From IMG/VR virus record IMGVR_UViG_3300044946_000014: 20,000 nt of DNA; one strand, written 5' to 3'. This DNA comes from an uncultured virus (IMG/VR IMGVR_UViG_3300044946_000014). Lineage: Duplodnaviria > Heunggongvirae > Uroviricota > Caudoviricetes. The position numbers were made by a program, and so were the translations under genes. The notes under the pieces were generated by a model, which was given only the letters and a program-made list of their open reading frames with translations, had not been told where the DNA came from and ran no database searches. Shown here one piece after another: positions 7,551 through 14,465 of this stretch. Each line of letters opens with the position of its first letter. Positions within the stretch are counted from its first letter, which is position 1.

Positions 7551-8768
7551 CCAACCGCGCCCGCTACGGCGGGAAAAAGATCGAAACGCCTAGAGGAAGC
7601 GGCAACACACGGCTAGGTGTCTACGCGTGATGCGCGTACTGACGAGATCGTAATAGCGCCAACGGGCGCGCCGTTCTGGTGACAGCGGGCGGGTTCTTTA
7701 AAAATCGACGGTTTTGATCCGGGACGCGCAAGCGAGCAACCGGGCGTTGTGCTCATGGTGCACACGAGATAGCGCTAGGACAGGCAACCATTTCCCGAAA
7801 GGGACACCGAACAAAGCAACCGCTGGTGTAGAAAGCGGAGCGCCCGCGATAGTCGCGTGACCAGGTGAGTCATGATGGCGTCACGGAAGGCGTGCGGCCC
7901 GGGAATACAGACCGGCGCCGCACGTAAAGCAGTTCTTCTGAGAAGGCCGCTGAACTCCCTACGCGGCCGAGTAATCGCGAAACCGATCCACCTTAATGCC
8001 CAGCCCCTCGTGGCGGGTTGGTGCAGTAGATTAGCCGAAGGCCGCTGTATAGCAACAGCGCCTTCTCAGAAGGATTGCGGTAGAGCAGCGTGTGCATCCA
8101 CACCGCGAAAGCGGGTTGCATGAACGGGAGAAGGTGGATAGGCCCGTTTCTCCAGGCTGGCACGGAGACTTTGTCGGAACGGCGTACCGCAAGAAGCCAG
8201 TTAGCTCCGCCCGATTGACCGCCGTAAGCGGTCGCCCGGTAAGCGCATTCGTTGAGTGTGCTTACCGGGACTGGATGACTTTGCGGAGGTTCAAGACGGT
8301 CCCCATAAATGTCCACGAATCTCCAAAGTTGGCGACTCAATAGCCTGGCAGCCCGGAAAGACGGCCCTCAGCAGTGCTGAGGCGAGACGATTGCCGCGGA
8401 AGCGGTGCAGGCACTGTCCGGGAGCCAGCCTTAAGAACAATCGTCTCGACCTGAGCATTGCAAGCAGCTTGAGTGGATGGTGCTATGCGGCTCCTAGCGA
8501 GCTGGTGACGTGCGCTGGCAGACATGGAAACGGCGATGCTTAGGCATTTAGGTCCGCCCATAGCCGATCGGAAACACAGGCCGATCCATAGCGTCATCCA
8601 CTGAAGCTGTTTCAAGGCACCCCACCCAAGCAACCCGCAGACATTGACGATTGGGCCTCGTCAACCATACCCCATGCTTAGGGATGAGACTCCAAAACCG
8701 CTGCCTGATGCGGAATCTGCCGGTTGCTTGGCTGGACTGCTTTTTCTGTCACTAATTTAGGACTCCAT
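7551..8768 (+). ncRNA. Putative structured non-coding RNA array (~1.2 kb)
   Basis: Successive long stems with G-U pairs: 7929-7952/8056-8078, 8235-8250/8254-8269, 8383-8393/8438-8448, 8458-8487/8587-8615, 8626-8641/8716-8731; GNRA/UNCG tetraloops; no convincing SD-led ORF. Confidence 0.6.
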
Positions 8769-8876
8769 ATGCTTTGGGGAATTGTTGTGACACTCATCGC
8801 TGCGTTTGCTCTGTTCTTGTGGGCACTTCGCAGCGGCTTCAAGATCATCGAGAGAGATGATCATCATCGGCATTAA
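8769..8876 (+). CDS. 35-aa single-TM peptide
   Basis: AGGA SD; MLWGIVVTLIAAFALFLWALRSGFKIIERDDHHRH. Confidence 0.6.
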   Translation: MLWGIVVTLIAAFALFLWALRSGFKIIERDDHHRH

Positions 8877-8888
8877 CTAGGAGCAATC

Positions 8889-9251
8889 ATGCAGATTCAG
8901 CTTCCCCCGCTCACTGACGGCGAGATTTATCTCTGCGGCTTCGTCGACAAGAATGGCGACGTCACTCACACGATCCTGCTGCCGGGTGACAACGATCCTG
9001 CGACATGGCAGGAACAGATGAACTGGGCCAAGAGCATCGGTGGTGATTTGCCGACGCGCGCCGAGCTCGTGATCGCCTACGAACAGCATCGCGACCTGTT
9101 CGAGAAGGCTGCGTACTGGTCCAACACGCCGGACGACGCCCCCGACTATGCCGGCTGGGCTTGGTGTCAGGGCTTCGGCCACGGTAGCCAGAACTGTGAC
9201 GGCCGCTACTTTCAGTTCCGTGCCCGGGCCGTTCGCAGATTGTCGATTTAA
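8889..9251 (+). CDS. DUF1566 (Lcl/CLec-fold) protein, DGR target gene 1
   Basis: WAKSIGGDLPTRAEL...YWS...WAW.Q.F..G.Q...FRARAVRR. Confidence 0.9.
   Translation: MQIQLPPLTDGEIYLCGFVDKNGDVTHTILLPGDNDPATWQEQMNWAKSIGGDLPTRAELVIAYEQHRDLFEKAAYWSNTPDDAPDYAGWAWCQGFGHGSQNCDGRYFQFRARAVRRLSI
9151..9238 (+). repeat. DGR variable repeat VR1
   Basis: 88-nt ungapped match to 9636-9723; 16 mismatches, all at codon positions 1-2. Confidence 0.85.
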
Positions 9252-9280
9252 CCCTTCATCCATTTTCAACGGAGAAAGCA

Positions 9281-9745
9281 ATGACGATGACGCTTGAAGC
9301 AATCGAAGCCGAGCACGTGCGCATCGGCGCGATGATCGAAGAATTCAAGAAGCAGCCGAGAGCAACCGAGTACCATGTCGACGCCGTCACCATCCCGCTC
9401 GCGGCAGGTGAGCGCATCGCCGGCCAGATTCTTCTCGAAGACGGATCGTTGAGCCACTACCTGATTCTCCTGCCGGGGGAGGCCGAAGATCTGGATTGGG
9501 AGGCGGCGAAGGCATGGGCCGCCGAACGTGGCGGCGAACTGCCGACGCGACGGGAGCAATCGCTTCTGTTCGCCAATCTGAAGCCTGAGTTCGAGCCGAC
9601 TTGGTACTGGTCCGGCGAACGTCACGAATCGAACTCCGGCTGGGCTTGGTTTCAGTACTTCACCAGCGGTACCCAGTACTCTACCGGCCACGACAATCAG
9701 TTCCGTGCCCGGGCCGTTCGCAGGTTCATTCCTTCAATTTTTTAG
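9281..9745 (+). CDS. DUF1566 (Lcl/CLec-fold) protein, DGR target gene 2
   Basis: WAAERGGELPTRREQSLLFAN...WYWS...WAWFQYFTSGTQ...FRARAVRR. Confidence 0.9.
   Translation: MTMTLEAIEAEHVRIGAMIEEFKKQPRATEYHVDAVTIPLAAGERIAGQILLEDGSLSHYLILLPGEAEDLDWEAAKAWAAERGGELPTRREQSLLFANLKPEFEPTWYWSGERHESNSGWAWFQYFTSGTQYSTGHDNQFRARAVRRFIPSIF
9636..9723 (+). repeat. DGR variable repeat VR2
   Basis: See VR1; shared invariant GC-rich 3' end CAGTTCCGTGCCCGGGCCGTTCGCAG (IMH-like). Confidence 0.85.
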
Positions 9746-9757
9746 TCATTCATCCCC

Positions 9758-9967
9758 ATGGCGCTTCATACCGAGCTCGACATATATCGAGATGCGTGTG
9801 ACTTGTTTGCCGCGATCGCGAATGCCGTCGCGAACATGCGAAAGGACTTCAAGCCATTGATCGGTCAGGAGCTTTTGAGAGAAAGCACGCGAATCACGAT
9901 CTACATCTTCCGCGCGAATGCGGCCACCGACAAGGCGCCGCATCTGATGAAGAGCGCACATCCATGA
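9758..9967 (+). pseudogene. avd: Truncated DGR accessory variability determinant (four-helix-bundle protein)
   Basis: MALHTELDIYRDACDL...NMRKDFKPLIGQEL...IFRANAATDKAPHL is the Avd N-terminal half; only 69 aa, too short for the four-helix bundle. Confidence 0.8.
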
Positions 9968-10563
9968 ATCCAAACGGCAACATCAAACACGGTCATCACG
10001 GATCGCGAACGTACCAGCGTTGGAAGTCCATGCGCCAGCGCACCAATCCGGGCCGGAGCGCGCATCACGCGAAGTATTACGACGGAGTGACATGCTGTGA
10101 ACGGTGGGCAGATTTCGAAGCATTCCTCGCTGATATGGGCGAATGTCCCGCCGAGCATACACTTGATCGTTTCCCGAATGCGAATGGTAATTATGAACCG
10201 GGAAACTGCCGCTGGGCGACGATGGCCGAGCAGAACGCCAATCGCTCTAACTGCCACATGATCACACGCGATGGCGTGACGAAAACAGCAACGGAATGGG
10301 CGAAAGCACTTGGATTGCGACCAGTCACAGTCATCGCCCGTTTGCAGCGCGGCTGGGATCATGAGCGTGTACTGTCTGAGGCACCGGGAACGACTGGTGG
10401 CTGCTCATATCCAGAGATTGATCTGACATTTCGCGGACAGACCAAACCTCTCGTTGCATGGGCGCGCGAGATTGGAATGACGCCCAATGCATTTCGAATG
10501 AGATTGCGGCTCGGCTGGTCAGTCGAGCGCGCACTCACGCAACCACTTAAGGCGCGCGGCTAA
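9964..10563 (+). CDS. HNH-type homing endonuclease-like protein with a duplicated C-terminal HTH
   Basis: HG..SRTYQRWKSMRQR...CERW.DFEAFLADMG...TLDR..NGNYEPGNCRWAT..EQ..NR; two G.TK...WA..G......RL..GW..ER.L units. Confidence 0.85.
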   Translation: MNPNGNIKHGHHGSRTYQRWKSMRQRTNPGRSAHHAKYYDGVTCCERWADFEAFLADMGECPAEHTLDRFPNANGNYEPGNCRWATMAEQNANRSNCHMITRDGVTKTATEWAKALGLRPVTVIARLQRGWDHERVLSEAPGTTGGCSYPEIDLTFRGQTKPLVAWAREIGMTPNAFRMRLRLGWSVERALTQPLKARG

Positions 10564-10620
10564 GGGAGTTCGACATATTTCCTACGCGCATATCTGCCAA
10601 ATATTACTGGAGGAAATGCC

Positions 10621-10686
10621 GTGGAAGTCTTTCTGATTCTGCTCATTTGGATACTCGTGCTTCTCGCGCTTCTTATGGGCCGGTGA
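10621..10686 (+). CDS. 21-aa hydrophobic micropeptide
   Basis: GGAGG SD, GTG start; MEVFLILLIWILVLLALLMGR. Confidence 0.5.
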   Translation: MEVFLILLIWILVLLALLMGR

Positions 10687-10687
10687 C

Positions 10688-10978
10688 ATGAGCACTCTAT
10701 CCGAAACAATGCGCGGCGTTGAGTATCGGGACGCGCGCATGCAAGCGCAGGCCGAACGCGATTCGCAGCGTTTCGACGCCGGCCACGAGCTTGGCATGGC
10801 CGAGGCCGAACACGAGATTGCTGGCTTTGCGAAGAAGTTCAAGTTTGATCCGAACGAGCCAATGGATGCCCGCTGCCGTCGTTTCGTGGCCGAGTTCATC
10901 GATAGCTGCGATTGCTGCTATGACGAACTGGCGAAGGCAGTTGCTGAGGCGACGGGAGTGTTTAACGGAGAGGTGTGA
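10688..10978 (+). CDS. Hypothetical protein
   Basis: 96-aa ORF in operon. Confidence 0.7.
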   Translation: MSTLSETMRGVEYRDARMQAQAERDSQRFDAGHELGMAEAEHEIAGFAKKFKFDPNEPMDARCRRFVAEFIDSCDCCYDELAKAVAEATGVFNGEV

Positions 10979-10979
10979 G

Positions 10980-11402
10980 ATGGCACAGATCGGGCACGAA
11001 GAAGGTGAACAATGCGGCCGCGACGGTTGCGATGGGCGCATTGAATACACGAAGCCGGAAAACTGCTCTTGCCACATTTCGGCGCCATGCAGCGCGTGCA
11101 CCAATACCTACCTGCATTGCCCCAATTGTGGATGGGAGGCGCAAGAGCAACTGTTCAACGATTACATCGTGACGGTCAACACGAAGAGCCATGTGTACGA
11201 AGCATGGCGTCCTCGGCCGCTCGATCCGACGAAGGTCGACTGGCACAGCAAATCGCATTCGTCGTGCTCAATGATTAAGGAAGGCGTCTATCCAGACGGC
11301 GCAACGCGCGATGACGTGCGCAAGATTGTCGACGGAACGTTCGGCGGTCACTTCGAATATTTTGGTGGCGGAAAGTTCAAATTCATAGCGTACACGGATT
11401 GA
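10980..11402 (+). CDS. Cys-rich (Zn-ribbon) hypothetical protein
   Basis: GAGG SD, ATG at 10980; CGRDGC...CSCHISAPCSAC...CPNCGW. Confidence 0.75.
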   Translation: MAQIGHEEGEQCGRDGCDGRIEYTKPENCSCHISAPCSACTNTYLHCPNCGWEAQEQLFNDYIVTVNTKSHVYEAWRPRPLDPTKVDWHSKSHSSCSMIKEGVYPDGATRDDVRKIVDGTFGGHFEYFGGGKFKFIAYTD

Positions 11403-11410
11403 GGTGAATC

Positions 11411-11620
11411 ATGGACTGGAACCGAGGCGATCTCGAATTGAACGACGGGATGCTTTACTCGAACGGTCGATTTCTCGGCACGTTCTCTTGCTGGGCCGCC
11501 GGCAAGGAAGCAATCGGGATCATGAAAGAAGGGCGGCAGGTTTGCACTGCTCGCGATACACACACGATGTCAGAGGAAGACATCGATCTGATGCTGGCCA
11601 TTAATTATGACGAGAGGTGA
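11411..11620 (+). CDS. Hypothetical protein
   Basis: GAGGTG SD; 69 aa. Confidence 0.7.
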   Translation: MDWNRGDLELNDGMLYSNGRFLGTFSCWAAGKEAIGIMKEGRQVCTARDTHTMSEEDIDLMLAINYDER

Positions 11621-11623
11621 ATC

Positions 11624-11905
11624 ATGGCACTCACTCCCGAAAAGCGCAAAGCTTTGAAACTGGCACGCAGAATAATAGAAGATAATAAATCTTATTTTAT
11701 TTGCATTGCTCTTGATAATGTGGAATCAGATTATCCTGGTCTGACGCAGGCATGCTTTAGCCTCAGAAGTTACATAGCAAAAAAACTCGGATCACATCAT
11801 ACGCTTGATTCGTGGTCAAAGTCGAAGGCTAGACGCGGGTCGATTACGGTAAAACAGGGGCGCGCATTACGTTTGGCATGGATCGACTGGATGCTCGGAG
11901 ACTAA
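11624..11905 (+). CDS. Hypothetical protein, AT-richer than its neighbours
   Basis: GAGGTG SD; 93 aa. Confidence 0.7.
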   Translation: MALTPEKRKALKLARRIIEDNKSYFICIALDNVESDYPGLTQACFSLRSYIAKKLGSHHTLDSWSKSKARRGSITVKQGRALRLAWIDWMLGD

Positions 11906-12088
11906 CGTGCGCCCCACCAAAGCCCTACATCGCGCGGCGACTGCGAGTCTGGACGGCCATTTGCGTTTCTTAGTAACGATTCGCGGCGTCACGCAAGTAA
12001 TGACGCTTCCCGAACTCGCCTGCTGCAACGAAGCCCGCGTGCAATGTGCTTTGTTCTGCGGGCATGTTGTTAATCCGAGGGGGTGAGA

Positions 12089-12844
12089 ATGAGCAAAGAC
12101 AAGAGTATTGAAGTTATGACGGGTGAGCATCGCAATCGGATTATTCGCCTACATAACGCACTGGAAGGCGCAGAAAATATTGGCGAAGCAATGGCGGGAC
12201 GCTATGCCGAATCACTGCGTGTCCTGCTCGATGCATGTTCAGTCGAGCAGCACGAAGCAGCGCCGACTGGATACTGCGAGCGTGCTGGCGGTTGCGTGTG
12301 CGGCGGCGACTTGCCGCGAGTCCGCGAAGGTTGTTCAGAGTGGGTGTCGACTAAACCGCAGCACGAAGCCGCGCGGTCTGAGAAGCGATATAACGGCAGG
12401 ACAGCGGCAGATTTGCGAGAAATATGTTCAACGCGTCCTGCGCGCTACCCTGCCGCTCATCATGACTTTGACAAAACCATCCTTGCGTTGCTGGATGACA
12501 TCGAGCAACCCACACCATCCGCCCCGCTCGAAGGCACGGGCAATGGGGCGGAGACGTGCAAGACGTGCGGCGGTTCGCGCGTGGTGAACGACGGCGAAAT
12601 CACGGGCTCTGGCGGCGTCGAATTCGAGAATGGCCCGATCAGATGCGTCAAGGACTGTCCGGATTGCACATACCGCGCCCCTCGCACTGAGGTGGCGGGA
12701 GCGGTGCCGAGCACCGATCAAATTCACGCGATTGGTGCGCTTGTGTCGCTTGGCGAAGCAATGGGACACGAAATTATCACCAAGCACGCACGCGATTTTT
12801 TGGCTGCTTGCGCGAGAGATAAAAATGGACATCAGCAAACTTAG
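12089..12844 (+). CDS. Mosaic accessory protein with Cys-rich modules and shared linkers
   Basis: GAGGGGG SD; contains the VEQHEAAP, APLEGTGNGA and RAPRTEVAGAV linkers also found in 17687-18835. Confidence 0.75.
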   Translation: MSKDKSIEVMTGEHRNRIIRLHNALEGAENIGEAMAGRYAESLRVLLDACSVEQHEAAPTGYCERAGGCVCGGDLPRVREGCSEWVSTKPQHEAARSEKRYNGRTAADLREICSTRPARYPAAHHDFDKTILALLDDIEQPTPSAPLEGTGNGAETCKTCGGSRVVNDGEITGSGGVEFENGPIRCVKDCPDCTYRAPRTEVAGAVPSTDQIHAIGALVSLGEAMGHEIITKHARDFLAACARDKNGHQQT

Positions 12845-12983
12845 ACGGGCCTATGAAATCGCTCGCAACGCTGGCGATAAACAGGCCATGGATTTGATCG
12901 CCCAGGCCATCAGCTACGCCGTCTCCGGCTATGTCGAATACGCGGAACCGGTCTACAACAAGTATGTGAAGGAGGTGCCATGA
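12825..12983 (+). CDS. Small hypothetical protein
   Basis: MDISKLRRAYEIARN..., coupled to the next ORF by ATGA. Confidence 0.6.
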   Translation: MDISKLRRAYEIARNAGDKQAMDLIAQAISYAVSGYVEYAEPVYNKYVKEVP

Positions 12984-13135
12984 AAGAGGAAAGCCATGAG
13001 GAAATTTTCGCTCGTCTCGACAAGGCGCGCGCAATCATGACCGATTTCAGAGACTGGATTCGCGGCGAGCAACGCAAGCGCGACGATGCGGCGTTCAGGG
13101 CATTCATGGCGAAGATCCAGACGCCGGTCAAATAA
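12980..13135 (+). CDS. Small hypothetical protein (51 aa)
   Basis: AAGGAGGT SD; MKEESHEEIFARLDKARAIM... Confidence 0.65.
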   Translation: MKEESHEEIFARLDKARAIMTDFRDWIRGEQRKRDDAAFRAFMAKIQTPVK

Positions 13136-13147
13136 CATGGTGCTTAG

Positions 13148-13288
13148 GGCTTTGTAGGGATGGGAATGCGCGGGCTGACGCGCGTAAGTCAGGAGAACGC
13201 TTCGTTCGCTTCCTGCCCCGTCTTAAAGGTGACGGTCGAGCGAGTACGAAATGCCGGAGATCAGCACCGGCCCCATCCCCACAAAGCC
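13148..13288 (+). ncRNA. Putative multibranch structured RNA with a kissing loop
   Basis: 17-bp closing stem (1 mismatch) enclosing four hairpins; loop GCTGA is complementary to loop TCAGC. Confidence 0.6.
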
Positions 13289-13313
13289 GTGAGGACTACT
13301 ACTGGAGAACGCC

Positions 13314-13604
13314 ATGGCAACAATGAGCAAACTGAAACCTGGCGATGTGCTCTATGACGTGCATCGAACGAAGATGGGCAATACGACGGCGAGCACGATG
13401 GGATGTTGGATCGTGCGCGTTATCGAAGTGCACGGGACATACATCATCGCCTCATGGAATGGTAATCCACCGCGTCGCATGTTTGAGCACAGCATCAAGA
13501 AGCTTCGCGTCAACAAGCCAGTATTCGTCAAATCCGGTTTCGGTAAGCGTCTCGCAACTTGCGACGAAATAAAGGCCATGAAAGCCGAAAAGGAAGGGCC
13601 ATGA
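13314..13604 (+). CDS. Hypothetical basic protein
   Basis: GGAG SD; 96 aa. Confidence 0.75.
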   Translation: MATMSKLKPGDVLYDVHRTKMGNTTASTMGCWIVRVIEVHGTYIIASWNGNPPRRMFEHSIKKLRVNKPVFVKSGFGKRLATCDEIKAMKAEKEGP

Positions 13605-13714
13605 ACGGATTCTGGGTTCGCTTCTACGCCGCGCTCGTCGCAAACCTGATCGTCGGATCGTTCTGCGCGTACCAGGCGATTCGATACGTTGAACTGTACG
13701 CGCTGGGGCAGTGA
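13601..13714 (+). CDS. 37-aa TM peptide
   Basis: MNGFWVRFYAALVANLIVGSFCAYQAIRYVELYALGQ; coupled on both sides. Confidence 0.6.
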   Translation: MNGFWVRFYAALVANLIVGSFCAYQAIRYVELYALGQ

Positions 13715-13917
13715 TGGACAGAGAAGCGTGGAACAGCCGCCAGATGACGACGCGCGTGCTGGATCGGTGCGACGAATGCGGGAACCTGAAGGACGACGTG
13801 AAGACGCGTGAATATTTCACAGGCTATGCCTTGGGCCGTCGATGCGACGCAAAGATAACGAGTTGCACTGCTTGTTTCGAACTCGTGAAGCAGAAGCAGG
13901 CGGCTGAGTATTCGTGA
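13711..13917 (+). CDS. Small Zn-finger-like protein
   Basis: CDEC...CTAC. Confidence 0.65.
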   Translation: MMDREAWNSRQMTTRVLDRCDECGNLKDDVKTREYFTGYALGRRCDAKITSCTACFELVKQKQAAEYS

Positions 13918-13938
13918 CTTGGATGCTAGGAGAGCGAG

Positions 13939-14124
13939 ATGATTGCAAAGAATACCGATATCAAAAACTGGGACACGGGTCTGAGCGATGCTGAACGTCG
14001 CGACGCTCTCTACGAGTTCCAACGATTCAAGCAGATCGAGGCGCTCGGGACGCGGTATCTGGCGCATCGCGACAATGCGCCGAAGCGCGGTTCCTATAAT
14101 CCGCGGACGGGAGCGCCGGCATGA
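13939..14124 (+). CDS. Hypothetical protein
   Basis: AGGAG SD; 61 aa. Confidence 0.7.
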   Translation: MIAKNTDIKNWDTGLSDAERRDALYEFQRFKQIEALGTRYLAHRDNAPKRGSYNPRTGAPA

Positions 14125-14279
14125 AAAAGCTTGATCGCTGGGCGGCAAAGCATCGGATTCTGGTGTCCGCCATCGCCACTGCGATCGTGTTCGGCTGCTT
14201 GTATGCGGCCAACCAGATCGATCGGGCTAACACTGCCGAGATTCGTATGCAGATGATGGCGTCGAGGAATTGGACATGA
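14121..14279 (+). CDS. 52-aa TM protein
   Basis: MKKLDRWAAKHRILVSAIATAIVFGCLYAANQID...; ATGA overlaps at both ends. Confidence 0.65.
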   Translation: MKKLDRWAAKHRILVSAIATAIVFGCLYAANQIDRANTAEIRMQMMASRNWT

Positions 14280-14458
14280 ACATCGCAACCATGAACCGGC
14301 GAGAACTTCTGGCGCAAATCAACCAAGCATCGAACGCTCGTAGACGCTACGAACTCGCAGACGGCAACCGCTGGCACGACGAGAAGCATGCGAGGGAAGC
14401 AGTTGGGGCGGAACTGGATGCGCTGGTGGCCGAGTGGCATCGGCGCAACCTCGAATAG
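14276..14458 (+). CDS. Hypothetical protein
   Basis: GAGGA SD, ATGA overlap. Confidence 0.65.
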   Translation: MNIATMNRRELLAQINQASNARRRYELADGNRWHDEKHAREAVGAELDALVAEWHRRNLE

Positions 14459-14465
14459 GTGTCGC

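Larger units (their letters stand above)
7184..7580 (+). repeat. Three related intergenic elements, stop-CAACCGC(G/T)CC(C/T)GCT-(AC)AGGAGAAAGACCATG
   Basis: Copies at 7184-7217, 7314-7346 and a divergent copy at 7548-7580. Confidence 0.8.

Noticed and set aside
7184..7580. CRISPR array or solitary CRISPR repeat
   Set aside because: Intervals are whole genes of unequal length, the repeats contain RBS/ATG, and there are no cas genes or recognisable repeat termini
7872..8633. Several 83-115-aa ORFs in the structured region
   Set aside because: Mutually overlapping, weak or no SD, no coupling and no domains; small real peptides cannot be fully excluded
7551..8768. tRNA genes, or the DGR template repeat hidden in the non-coding region
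   Set aside because: No GTTCRA T-loop cloverleaf found by eye, and no AAC-rich copy of the VR on either strand
9151..9723. One of the two repeats being the TR
   Set aside because: Neither copy has A at all mismatched sites (e.g. tgt/ttt, tac/gac), and both are coding 3' ends, so both are VRs
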